Below are positions 1-7,172 of a DNA stretch of 64,000 nucleotides, piece by piece. Positions within the stretch are counted from its first letter, which is position 1, and every line of letters starts with the position of its first letter. Source of the DNA: a virus; IMG/VR virus record IMGVR_UViG_3300032053_005312, positions 1 to 64,000 of that record. One strand, written 5' to 3'. The position numbers and the translations under genes were made by a program. The notes below the pieces were generated by a model, which saw only the letters and a program-made list of their open reading frames with translations, had not been told where the DNA came from and did no database searches.

Positions 1-1
1 G

Positions 2-181
2 ATTGTCTATAAGTTGAGGCGAAGGAAAGGGGAAGAAGGGATCGACAACCACGGGATTCGGGTAGTTATGATGTGGCTTATTGCCAATATCGACTATCTG
101 AAAGAAAGATACTTGGAAGAAGGATACGGTAAACGCCATCGGAAAATAACAGCCGGTTGGTATCCAAGTATAGATGATTGA
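2..181 (+). CDS. 3' end of hypothetical protein (runs off window start)
   Basis: Open frame 2 from the window edge to TGA at 179-181. Confidence 0.6.
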   Translation: MVYKLRRRKGEEGIDNHGIRVVMMWLIANIDYLKERYLEEGYGKRHRKITAGWYPSIDD

Positions 182-185
182 ATAT

Positions 186-275
186 TGTGAGATACGCTAG
201 TTGGTAAGCGGCGAAGCTGTTAACTTCGTGCAATCCGTCTTGAACGGTACGCAGGTTCGACCCCTGCTCTCACAG
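186..275 (+). tRNA. tRNA-Asn(GTT) with long variable arm
   Basis: TGTGAGA/TCTCACA-G acceptor; CGAAG-CTGTTAA-CTTCG anticodon arm; GCAGG-TTCGACC-CCTGC T arm; ~22-nt variable region. Confidence 0.85.
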
Positions 276-280
276 CTTTC

Positions 281-368
281 TATTCCCGAACGGGAATAGA
301 ACGATCCCGAACGGGAATAATTTGATGTTTTTGGCAACAGAATAGTCAAATTATTCCCGAACGGGAAT
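281..368. repeat. Three copies of palindrome (TAT)TCCCGAACGGGAAT
   Basis: Copies at ~281-298, ~305-319 and ~352-367. Confidence 0.85.
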
Positions 369-372
369 GAAA

Positions 373-446
373 CGGGGTGTGGGCTAAAGGTGAGCCGCCT
401 GATTTGGGATCAGGACATCGAGTGAGTTCGATTCTCACCGCCCCGA
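373..446 (+). tRNA. tRNA-Pro(TGG)
   Basis: Cloverleaf; CCTGA-TTTGGGA-TCAGG. Confidence 0.9.
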
Positions 447-453
447 CTTGGTT

Positions 454-469
454 TGTTCTTTGACAATTT
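454..469 (+). promoter_or_regulatory. boxA-like antitermination site
   Basis: TGTTCTTTGACAATTT resembles rrn boxA (TGCTCTTTAACAA); recurs at 4477-4491. Confidence 0.55.
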
Positions 470-482
470 GGTGGCAAAAAAT

Positions 483-553
483 GGGGTCGTGGTGAAACGG
501 GATCACGTCTGCTTTGCAAGCAGAAATTAAGGGTTCGATTCCCTTCGGCTCCA
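483..553 (+). tRNA. tRNA-Ala(TGC)
   Basis: G3:U70, A73; TCTGC-TTTGCAA-GCAGA. Confidence 0.92.
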
Positions 554-560
554 CTAATTG

Positions 561-634
561 CGGCATATGTTGTAGTGGTTTCTGCAAGCCGTCCTGATAA
601 GACGGAAGTTCTGGTTCGATTCCAGGTATGCCGA
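561..634 (+). tRNA. tRNA-Ile(GAT)
   Basis: CCGTC-CTGATAA-GACGG; cloverleaf. Confidence 0.88.
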
Positions 635-644
635 CTGAAAGAAT

Positions 645-712
645 GGGGTAGCCTACGGGTAGGCGTTGTCACTTGCAATGACGACTAAGGGGTTCGACTC
701 CCCTCTGCTCCA
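645..712 (+). tRNA. Atypical tRNA-Ala(TGC) (no acceptor-D linker, 6-bp anticodon stem)
   Basis: GGGGTAG/CTGCTCC-A with G3:U70; CCT..AGG D stem; TTGTCA-CTTGCAA-TGACGA. Confidence 0.8.
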
Positions 713-720
713 CTGAATAT

Positions 721-791
721 AGGTGTGTGGTGTAGCGGTAGCACGCTGATCTCCAAAATCATCGGTGAGGGTTCGACTCCTTCCACACCTG
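721..791 (+). tRNA. tRNA-Trp(CCA)
   Basis: Anticodon loop CTCCAAA; G73. Confidence 0.9.
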
Positions 792-798
792 CTTAGAT

Positions 799-871
799 TC
801 CCTTGTAGCTCAATTGGTAGAGCGCCAAGCTGTTAACTTGGATGTTCTAGGTTCGAGTCCTAGCGAGGGAG
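799..871 (+). tRNA. tRNA-Asn(GTT)
   Basis: Canonical cloverleaf. Confidence 0.95.
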
Positions 872-916
872 TAGGTTCGAGTCAAAAAATAAGCTCGAAC
901 CTTACTATTATAAGGC

Positions 917-1291
917 ATGGAGGAATCTATGCCTTATAAAGATAAAGAAACACAGTTGAATTCACAATCGAATCATTATCAAAACAACAAAGATCAGTAT
1001 CGTGAGCGAGATCGAAAAAGAAAAGCCACAATACAACTTTGGTTGTTAGAGTATAAAAATGGTTTGGAGTGCATCAAATGTGGAGAAAGTCATCCGGCTG
1101 CATTGACGTTTCATCATCGTGATCCTTCAATGAAAACATTGAACATTTCCACAATGGTCAGTAACCGGGCGACTAAAGAAAAGATACTAGAGGAAATTGA
1201 GAAATGCGATTTGCTTTGTGCAAGCTGTCACTCAAAAGTGCATTTTGCAGAAAGTTCACCGTGGGCCGATATGTTTCCTGTAGTGTGGTAA
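917..1291 (+). CDS. HNH homing endonuclease
   Basis: CIKCG..LTFHH..CDLLCASCH motif. Confidence 0.85.
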   Translation: MEESMPYKDKETQLNSQSNHYQNNKDQYRERDRKRKATIQLWLLEYKNGLECIKCGESHPAALTFHHRDPSMKTLNISTMVSNRATKEKILEEIEKCDLLCASCHSKVHFAESSPWADMFPVVW

Positions 1292-1295
1292 TTAT

Positions 1296-1371
1296 TGCCG
1301 GGTATTCGGTGTTGGTATCCGTTCTCTGCCTTTGAAGCAGAAGGTCGGTGGTTCGATTCCACCCCCGGCAG
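1296..1371 (+). tRNA. tRNA-Gln(TTG), irregular D arm
   Basis: U1-A72, G73; TCTGC-CTTTGAA-GCAGA. Confidence 0.8.
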
Positions 1372-1374
1372 CTA

Positions 1375-1621
1375 GAGAGTGTAGTGTGAATAGCCGCAGA
1401 GGTAAATTCACAAAAGTTGAAGGAAGTGCAAAGCTAAAACTGCAAGTAACAGTTGCAAAAGCTATAAAAACCGTGAGCGGCTGTAAGGGCCGACAGGCTT
1501 GGAGACAATAACTTTGCATGGAGATCAATGAGTAGTGTTTCGAGATAAGCGGTAGGCAGCACAGAGGCTATAGCATTTGCAACCGGAGCCTCCAGTTTAG
1601 GTTCGAGTCCTAACGCTCTCA
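1375..1621 (+). ncRNA. tRNA-framed ~247-nt RNA with ~180-nt structured insertion in the D loop
   Basis: GAGAGTG/CGCTCTC-A acceptor; TTAGG-TTCGAGT-CCTAA T arm; insert closed by ATAGCC/GGCTAT. Confidence 0.65.
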
Positions 1622-1633
1622 TTTGTTAGTTAC

Positions 1634-1706
1634 GGTTCCGTGGTGTAGTGGTACTGCATACCTCCCTGTCACGGAGAAGGTACGAGTTCGATCCTCGTCG
1701 GAACCG
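1634..1706 (+). tRNA. tRNA-Asp(GTC)
   Basis: Loop CTGTCAC; G73. Confidence 0.9.
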
Positions 1707-1708
1707 CT

Positions 1709-1780
1709 GTGATTGAAGCCAAACGGTGCGGCGTCTCTTTGTGAAAGAGATAATAGTGGGTTCGACTCCCATCAATCACC
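1709..1780 (+). tRNA. tRNA-His(GTG)
   Basis: TCTCT-TTGTGAA-AGAGA; C73. Confidence 0.85.
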
Positions 1781-1793
1781 CTGTTAGTTTTAC

Positions 1794-1866
1794 GGGCGTG
1801 GAGTTCGGTTGGTAGAACATTCCCCTGTCACGGGAAAGGCTGCGGGTTCAACTCCCGTCACGCTCG
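1794..1866 (+). tRNA. tRNA-Asp(GTC)
   Basis: TTCCC-CTGTCAC-GGGAA. Confidence 0.9.
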
Positions 1867-1893
1867 CTTTGAAAATTGAACCCGTGCTAAATT

Positions 1894-1964
1894 GTCCTCA
1901 AGGTGTTACGGAAGCATCCGATCTTGGTAAGATCGTGGCGAAGGTTCAACTCCTTCTGGGGACT
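1894..1964 (+). tRNA. tRNA-Thr(GGT)
   Basis: CGATC-TTGGTAA-GATCG. Confidence 0.88.
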
Positions 1965-1966
1965 TA

Positions 1967-2025
1967 TGTTCATCAGGTCCGCTAACTTGGTGAACAGAAA
2001 GGTTGCGGCGAGTTTAGCGGCTCGT
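1967..2025 (+). ncRNA. Kissing-loop hairpin pair
   Basis: Loop CCGCTAA of hairpin 1 is complementary to loop TTAGCGG of hairpin 2. Confidence 0.6.
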
Positions 2026-2029
2026 TTGA

Positions 2030-2103
2030 GGTTGTGTTCGTCTAGTGGTCTAGGATGCCGTCGTTGAAGACGGAGACATGGGTTCAAATCCCATACACAA
2101 TCT
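2030..2103 (+). tRNA. tRNA-like RNA with 6-nt anticodon loop (undetermined)
   Basis: Intact D and T arms; CCGTC-GTTGAA-GACGG. Confidence 0.7.
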
Positions 2104-2119
2104 CGCAACTGAATTTTAT

Positions 2120-2198
2120 GGCCGTGGAAACGAAAGCTCCGTGGTGGGGCATCAGACTGCAAATCTGACGTTAAGAGGTTCGACTCCTCCTGCGGCCT
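2120..2198 (+). tRNA. Atypical tRNA-Cys(GCA), possible 8/4 fold
   Basis: TCAGA-CTGCAAA-TCTGA; U73; GGCCGTGG/CTGCGGCC; long A-rich linker before D stem. Confidence 0.78.
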
Positions 2199-2206
2199 CT
2201 GAATAT

Positions 2207-2276
2207 GGCCCATCCTGCGGATCAGGTGTTGAGTTTACGAAACTTGATTACGAAGGTTCGACTCCTTCATGGGCTA
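2207..2276 (+). tRNA. Atypical tRNA-Arg(ACG)
   Basis: G1:U72; CCT-GCGGATC-AGG D arm; TTGAGT-TTACGAA-ACTTGA. Confidence 0.8.
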
Positions 2277-2280
2277 CTAT

Positions 2281-2351
2281 GGGCGTTTGGTGAAATGGTA
2301 TCACGCTTGGCTTACATCCAATAGTCAGAAGTTCGATTCTTCTAATGCCTA
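2281..2351 (+). tRNA. tRNA-Val(TAC)
   Basis: Loop CTTACAT; cloverleaf. Confidence 0.88.
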
Positions 2352-2404
2352 CTAAAAAGAATTACATTGTGATGAATTTTCGATGCCAGAGCATATAATA
2401 TGTT

Positions 2405-2968
2405 ATGGAAAAAAAATACATCATAATGTCCGGTCAGAAACGTGCAGCGATTGAGTTAACTTGTGAATTTTGTAAAGAGTTATTTTTGACTCGACAAGGT
2501 GGTAAGTTAAAGCGATTTTGTAGTTCTGATTGTTGGAATAAAGCAAAAGTAAATAATGCCCAAGTTGAAGTGACTTGTGCGTTTTGCAGCAAGACTTTCT
2601 TGAAAAAGAAATCTTTGCTCAAAAATTCCAAAAGTGGATTGAGATTTTGCAATGCGACCTGCAAATGCAATGCTCAGAAATTAGGAGGCATAACTGAAAT
2701 TATGCCTTTTCATTATGGCGCAGGAGACGGGAGGTATTCTTGCAGAAACATAATTCAAGAGGGTTCAGAATGCGTTGATTGCAAAGAGAATAGATTGTAT
2801 TACTTGGTTATTCATCATGTCGATGGCGATAGGAGCAATAATGATGTAATCAATTTAGAAATAGTTTGTGCAAAATGCCATACAAAAAGACATTTGAAAA
2901 ATGTTGATGGCAAATGGATTTTTTGCACAAGTGTTTTAACTCCTCGCAATATGTTGAGTTATTTATAA
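2405..2968 (+). CDS. HNH endonuclease with N-terminal Zn-ribbon repeats
   Basis: CxxC..FCS repeats; IHHVDGDRSNN..CAKCH. Confidence 0.85.
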   Translation: MEKKYIIMSGQKRAAIELTCEFCKELFLTRQGGKLKRFCSSDCWNKAKVNNAQVEVTCAFCSKTFLKKKSLLKNSKSGLRFCNATCKCNAQKLGGITEIMPFHYGAGDGRYSCRNIIQEGSECVDCKENRLYYLVIHHVDGDRSNNDVINLEIVCAKCHTKRHLKNVDGKWIFCTSVLTPRNMLSYL

Positions 2969-2969
2969 T

Positions 2970-3041
2970 GGCCCATTCGTCTACTGGCTAGGACCGCTGT
3001 TTTTCAGGCAGCAGAAGACGGATCGAAACCGTCATGGGTCA
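2970..3041 (+). tRNA. tRNA-Glu(TTC)
   Basis: GCTGT-TTTTCAG-GCAGC. Confidence 0.88.
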
Positions 3042-3051
3042 CTTAGTTGTT

Positions 3052-3120
3052 GGATAAATTAGTGTAACGGTAGCACGCTCCCGTGGAGGGAGAAGATTGG
3101 TTCGATTCCAATACTCATTT
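3052..3120 (+). pseudogene. Degenerate tRNA (5-nt anticodon loop, broken acceptor stem)
   Basis: D arm TAGTGTAACGGTAGCAC; CTCCC-GTGGA-GGGAG; T arm ATTGG-TTCGATT-CCAAT. Confidence 0.6.
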
Positions 3121-3122
3121 AT

Positions 3123-3195
3123 GCCGCTTTGAGCAGAGTGGGATTGCGCCTGTCTTGTAAACAGGAATGAGTGAGTTCGATTCTCACAGGCGGCT
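3123..3195 (+). tRNA. tRNA-Thr(TGT)
   Basis: CCTGT-CTTGTAA-ACAGG. Confidence 0.88.
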
Positions 3196-3225
3196 CTGAA
3201 TACTTTAACCTTTTGGAGAAATACT

Positions 3226-3973
3226 ATGGTGTGTCTTTGGCTCGAAACTGTGCGGATTTAGACCAACAGGTAGGTTACACCTGGGGCATTACTTCTCGGT
3301 GATTCAACCGGGACAATCTGGGTGTACTGTACTGGTGGCAAACTATCATGCACCGGAGGTAAAGAATCTGGAAGTATCCGTGAACGCCTTACGGCAATAC
3401 GGTGTCCAGACCATAGTGATTCAGAAGGACGTGTTCGACGCTGAGTTGTTCTTCCGACTATTGACGCTCGCTAAAATGGGCGACTTGAGCCGGATGACAC
3501 AATTCAAGTCAACAGAAGAGGACGATAGGACTGGTCAATTGCTGACTTACCCTGTTCTCATGGCGCATGATGTTGCGGGTTACTCCGAAGTCATTGTGGG
3601 TCTGGACCAGAAGCAGCATTTGGAATATGCCAGAAAGCTGTTGAGAAAATACAACAGCGTATATGGCACGACACATCCGATCCCGATAGCCAATATCGTG
3701 GTGGGACGTGTCAAAGATTTGCGTGACCCGACGAAGAAGATGTCGAAGTCATCACCGCAAGGATGTTTATTCCTTGATGATACGGTTGATGATATTCAAC
3801 AAAAGATTCGGAAGGCGACCGCAGATGAAGAGGGCCTGAATAACTTGAAGTTTTTGTATGGGGAGTTTGTAAGAGAAACGCCTCCAGCAAGCAATCAAGA
3901 ACTGAAAGAGAAGCTGGCCGATAGTTTGGTGAAATGCTTTGCAAGCTGTAGTGGCACAGCATCCGGCTCTTAA
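3226..3973 (+). CDS. trpS: Tryptophanyl-tRNA synthetase (compact); needs +1 frameshift at CTT-TGG-C (3235-3241)
   Basis: GFRPTGRLHLGHY (HIGH) lies upstream of the ORF-track start; YPVLMAHD, GLDQKQH and KMSKS present; the only SD-ATG (GGAG..ATG 3226) is in another frame. Confidence 0.88.
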
Positions 3974-4008
3974 CTGGAAGGTTCAGGGTTCAAGTCCCTG
4001 GCGAAGCA
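3936..4008 (+). tRNA. tRNA-Lys(CTT), overlaps trpS 3' end
   Basis: TCCGG-CTCTTAA-CTGGA; trpS stop lies in the anticodon loop. Confidence 0.82.
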
Positions 4009-4013
4009 CTCAT

Positions 4014-4096
4014 GCAGGTATGGCAGAACGGTTTATGCTCCTGACTCTTAATCAGGGATCGCAAGATCAACGTAGGTTCGACTCCTACTGCCTGCA
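4014..4096 (+). tRNA. tRNA with Lys(CTT) anticodon and class II long variable arm
   Basis: CCTGA-CTCTTAA-TCAGG; variable hairpin GATC-GCAA-GATC; Leu/Tyr-like D arm. Confidence 0.82.
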
Positions 4097-4104
4097 CTAT
4101 TTAC

Positions 4105-4176
4105 GGCGTGTTCGACTTCTGGTGAGGTCATCTGCCTTTCAAGCAGATTAGATGGGATCGAAACCCATACACGTCA
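4105..4176 (+). tRNA. tRNA-Glu(TTC)
   Basis: TCTGC-CTTTCAA-GCAGA. Confidence 0.88.
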
Positions 4177-4177
4177 C

Positions 4178-4301
4178 TTGTTGGTGGAAGAGTTCATATA
4201 CAGTTGCCCAATACTATTTGCCTTCTACGCAAATATAGGGCTACCAGGGACATATGAAGTTCAACTGAAAAACTGGAATATCGGCCACCCGAAACCAACA
4301 A
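4178..4301 (+). ncRNA. Structured ncRNA candidate
   Basis: Closing stem TTGTTGGT/ACCAACAA; nested TTCATAT/ATATGAA and TATTTGC-CTTCTAC-GCAAATA. Confidence 0.5.
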
Positions 4302-4305
4302 AGCA

Positions 4306-4405
4306 GAAAAGAGATCGACAGCAAGGCTCCGTCAGCCAAAAATGATGGCGGCAGTCATGGTAATATAAACCATGACTCGAAATCGTGTATGTCGGCTACC
4401 TTTTC
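4306..4405 (+). ncRNA. Multi-branch structured ncRNA candidate
   Basis: GAAAAG..TCGACA/TGTCGG..CTTTTC closing stems; hairpins CCGTCA/TGATGG and AGTCATGGT/ACCATGACT. Confidence 0.5.
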
Positions 4406-4514
4406 AAACAACGGTTAGAGGGTTTGTACTCGACGCCGTGGATTGCCAATCTTGGGTGGGCGGCATTCCGAAGGCTGGTCTTTGACAATTTGGTAGTTAA
4501 ATTAAGGCCAAGAA

Positions 4515-4649
4515 GTGCCTGTGGTGTAAGTTGGTCGGCAGCATCGTGGAAACACGAAACACTACATTGCACGTTAATCACATTTTCCGGCAAGACCGGC
4601 TCTGTGATTAGCGTATAATGCCAATAGAGGTCGATTCCTCTCAGGCACA
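4515..4649 (+). ncRNA. tRNA-like RNA with long rod replacing the anticodon arm
   Basis: GTGCCTG/CAGGCAC-A; D arm; extra CGTG-GAAA-CACG hairpin; ~18-bp stem CATTGCACGTTAATCACA/TGTGATTAGCGTATAATG; T-like arm. Confidence 0.65.
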
Positions 4650-4678
4650 CTTCCCGGTCCAGAAATGGATCGGATTTT

Positions 4679-4820
4679 GGACTTGTCGTTCGTCTAAAAT
4701 ACGTTTTGACGTATCTCAGGACGCCTGCACCGCCAATGCCGTTCGGCGGTTGATGATGTGATTGGTTGGGTTGGAACTTCTCAAGCCAGGAAGCGCAAGC
4801 TGAACTTGCACGACAAGTCT
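4679..4820 (+). ncRNA. tRNA-Glu-like scaffold with insertions
   Basis: 11-bp GGACTTGTCGT/ACGACAAGTCT; Glu-type D stem CGTCT/GGACG; CCTG/CAGG arm with insert; GCAAG/CTTGC arm. Confidence 0.55.
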
Positions 4821-4826
4821 CTTTAT

Positions 4827-4899
4827 GGTGGTCGTAGTGTAGTGGTCTGCACGACTGATTGTGGATCAGTAAGTGGGAGTTCGATCCTCCTCGATCACC
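4827..4899 (+). tRNA. tRNA-His(GTG) with encoded G-1
   Basis: ACTGA-TTGTGGA-TCAGT; G-1:C73. Confidence 0.9.
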
Positions 4900-5001
4900 C
4901 CTGATATTTTTCAAATCGGCCACTCTTTTAAGTCGGCATTGATCGACTACGAGATTTGGATATACTCATCTCGTCCCAAACTTCACCAGGAAAGAGAAAT
5001 T

Positions 5002-5808
5002 ATGGACTCAAAATACACTGTTGGCCAAAAGGTGCTTTTCGCCAATCAAGACGCTATCATTCGCAAGCTCGAAGAGAGCGACGGAAAATTCAAGTATTAC
5101 TGCGAAGTGGGCGGCGTCCCACTGACCATGTGGATTCCCGAAGATTCTCTGGATGTTGGAAATCCATCCGGCCCGCCGTCAGTATTCTTCAATCGAAGAA
5201 TGCCACACTTGTTGATTGTGGATAACTTCTACAAAGACCCGGATGATGTGCGAGCCTTTGCCCTGGAGCAAGAGTTCAAGCCGAACTTGCGAAACTACAA
5301 GGGCGAAAGAACCGATGAACGATTCCTGTGGCCGTTCCTCAAAGAAGAATTTGAGCGACTATTGGGCCGTCCGATTGTTGACTGGCTGAACCAGCCTTGC
5401 AACGGTTGTTTCCAGATTACTGGCTTCAATGATCCGTTGGTGTGGCACTCCGACTTGCAGAGTTATGCCGCTGCGGTATATTTGACGCCAGATGCCCCGG
5501 TAAGTGCTGGGACTAGCTTCTGGAAAGATACGAATCATGGAAGCCGTCGTCCACCAAATCACCCGCTTGAGTTCGACCGATTTGCTTCAGATGAAGCACG
5601 AGCTTTGGCGGCGAATGAGATTTACAGCGAATACAATATCCTTCACCCGGATAATTGGGAACTGGTTGATAAAGTTGGAGCCGTATATAACCGGCTTGCA
5701 ATTTGGGATGCTCAAATGATCCATTCGGCAAGTTCCTACGAAGGCATGGTAAGTGGCGATGCTGATAAAGCCCGACTTGTCCAATTGTTCTTCTTTACCG
5801 TAAGGTGA
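5002..5808 (+). CDS. 2OG-Fe(II) oxygenase-like (DUF6445-like) protein
   Basis: IVDNFYKDPD, HSD, YNRLAIW..HSA, RLVQLFFF; start moved to ATG 5002 downstream of the tRNA. Confidence 0.7.
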   Translation: MDSKYTVGQKVLFANQDAIIRKLEESDGKFKYYCEVGGVPLTMWIPEDSLDVGNPSGPPSVFFNRRMPHLLIVDNFYKDPDDVRAFALEQEFKPNLRNYKGERTDERFLWPFLKEEFERLLGRPIVDWLNQPCNGCFQITGFNDPLVWHSDLQSYAAAVYLTPDAPVSAGTSFWKDTNHGSRRPPNHPLEFDRFASDEARALAANEIYSEYNILHPDNWELVDKVGAVYNRLAIWDAQMIHSASSYEGMVSGDADKARLVQLFFFTVR

Positions 5809-5813
5809 ACAAA

Positions 5814-6095
5814 ATGTCTTTCCGGTTGAGCAAAAAAGTCTCTCTCGAAGAGGGCGACAAAATACGAGTTTCAGGTGGTCCATACTTTCTCGCTCAATCT
5901 GGAAAAAAGATCAGCATGGGCGAGCATGGAGTTGGAACATTTGCTGGAGCAGAAGAAAACGGAGAAGCGATATACGTTAAGTTTGATCGCATGTCTGCTC
6001 CAAGATTCGTCTATATTGGGCCGGAGCGTTTGTCAGAATCAACTGGTACAACGCTCCGGCCCCATAAGATTGTCAAGCTGCGAAAGAAGGTGTGA
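5814..6095 (+). CDS. Hypothetical protein
   Basis: ORF in operon-like arrangement. Confidence 0.55.
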   Translation: MSFRLSKKVSLEEGDKIRVSGGPYFLAQSGKKISMGEHGVGTFAGAEENGEAIYVKFDRMSAPRFVYIGPERLSESTGTTLRPHKIVKLRKKV

Positions 6096-6427
6096 CCATG
6101 TGGTATATTCTTGATGACAAAAATGAACCAATTCCAGCCGACACGTTGGTTGCAGCCCGGTTCCTGGAAGATATTAAGCGACGAATTGTCGCTTACAACG
6201 ACATGCCTGACGGCAGCTTGTTGTCTACGGTGTTCTTGTGTTTAGATCACGGCATGGGTCGGTCAGACAGTCCTGTGGTTTTTGAGTCGATGTGGTTTGG
6301 TGGTCCGCATGACGGTCATCAGCGTCGGTACAAAACTTGGGACGAAGCCAAAGAAGGTCATGCCGATATGCTGGAGGCATATATGGAATATCAAAGACAT
6401 AATGCGGAACAATTGGCGAAGATGTAA
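6092..6427 (+). CDS. Conserved phage hypothetical protein
   Basis: STVFLCLDH..FESMWFGG..RYKTWDEAKEGH pattern. Confidence 0.65.
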   Translation: MTMWYILDDKNEPIPADTLVAARFLEDIKRRIVAYNDMPDGSLLSTVFLCLDHGMGRSDSPVVFESMWFGGPHDGHQRRYKTWDEAKEGHADMLEAYMEYQRHNAEQLAKM

Positions 6428-6488
6428 ATTTTTGGAACTCGATCTGTATATAATGGCATAAGCTGTTATACTTTGGGAGCGAGTTCAA

Positions 6489-7049
6489 ATGAATTATAAA
6501 CAAAAATGGCGACAAAAAGCCAGACGCCTTTTGGCAGAAGCATTTGGTGGAAAGTGTGCTGTTTGCGGTTATGACAAAAGCATTGCCGCTTTGGATTATC
6601 ATCATGTGAATCCAGGAGAGAAAGACCACTCCTTATACAAAGCTATGCGAAATGGATATGCTTGGTCTAAGATTGTGGAAGAAGCTAGGAAATGCGCTCT
6701 TGTGTGCTGTAGATGCCACAGAGAAATACATGCAGGCATTACAGAGCTTCCAGAAAACTATACTAGATTCAATGAAGAATATTCTGATCTCATAAAAATT
6801 AAAAAGAAAGAATTTGATAGTTGTCCAGTTTGCAACAAAATGAAAAACTTATTGAATTCTTTTTGCTCGGTTGAATGTTCTCAAAAGAATCAACAGAGGT
6901 TTTCAATAACGAAATCCGAACTTGAAAAGTTGGTAGCTGAATTTTCTTACGAAGAAATTGGTAGAAGGTTTGGCGTTAGTGGTAACGCAATAAAGAAAAG
7001 ATGCAAGTCTTTTGGTATTGTTCTTGCTCCTAGAAAAATGCGGGTGTAA
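6489..7049 (+). CDS. HNH homing endonuclease with C-terminal HTH
   Basis: GGKCAVCGY..LDYHH..CCRCHREIH; YEEIGRRFGVSGNAIKKR. Confidence 0.85.
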   Translation: MNYKQKWRQKARRLLAEAFGGKCAVCGYDKSIAALDYHHVNPGEKDHSLYKAMRNGYAWSKIVEEARKCALVCCRCHREIHAGITELPENYTRFNEEYSDLIKIKKKEFDSCPVCNKMKNLLNSFCSVECSQKNQQRFSITKSELEKLVAEFSYEEIGRRFGVSGNAIKKRCKSFGIVLAPRKMRV

Positions 7050-7090
7050 CTCAGTGGCTAGAGTGCTGGGTTCGAGTCCCATCACCCGCT
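7040..7090 (+). pseudogene. tRNA-Gly derivative lacking the whole anticodon arm
   Basis: GCGGGTG/CACCCGC-T; D and T arms nearly identical to tRNA-Gly 17856-17927. Confidence 0.75.
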
Positions 7091-7095
7091 CTGAT

Positions 7096-7167
7096 GCGAC
7101 TATGGTGTAGAGGTTGTCACGCTTGTTTGCCAAGCAAGAAGACAGGGTTCGAGTCCCTGTAGTCGCT
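7096..7167 (+). tRNA. tRNA-Gly(GCC)
   Basis: CTTGT-TTGCCAA-GCAAG; U73. Confidence 0.88.
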
Positions 7168-7172
7168 CTTTT

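Noticed and set aside
281-368. CRISPR array
   Set aside because: Repeats are short (~16-18 nt), spacing is irregular and no cas genes are present.
1375-1621. tmRNA
   Set aside because: No G3:U70, the insert lies in the D loop, and the internal short ORF (AKTASNSCKSYKNRERL) lacks an AA-ending tag.
346-4923. ORFs overlapping tRNA arrays (e.g. 346-678, 1887-2213, 4396-4923)
   Set aside because: They are shadow frames of RNA genes with no protein motifs.
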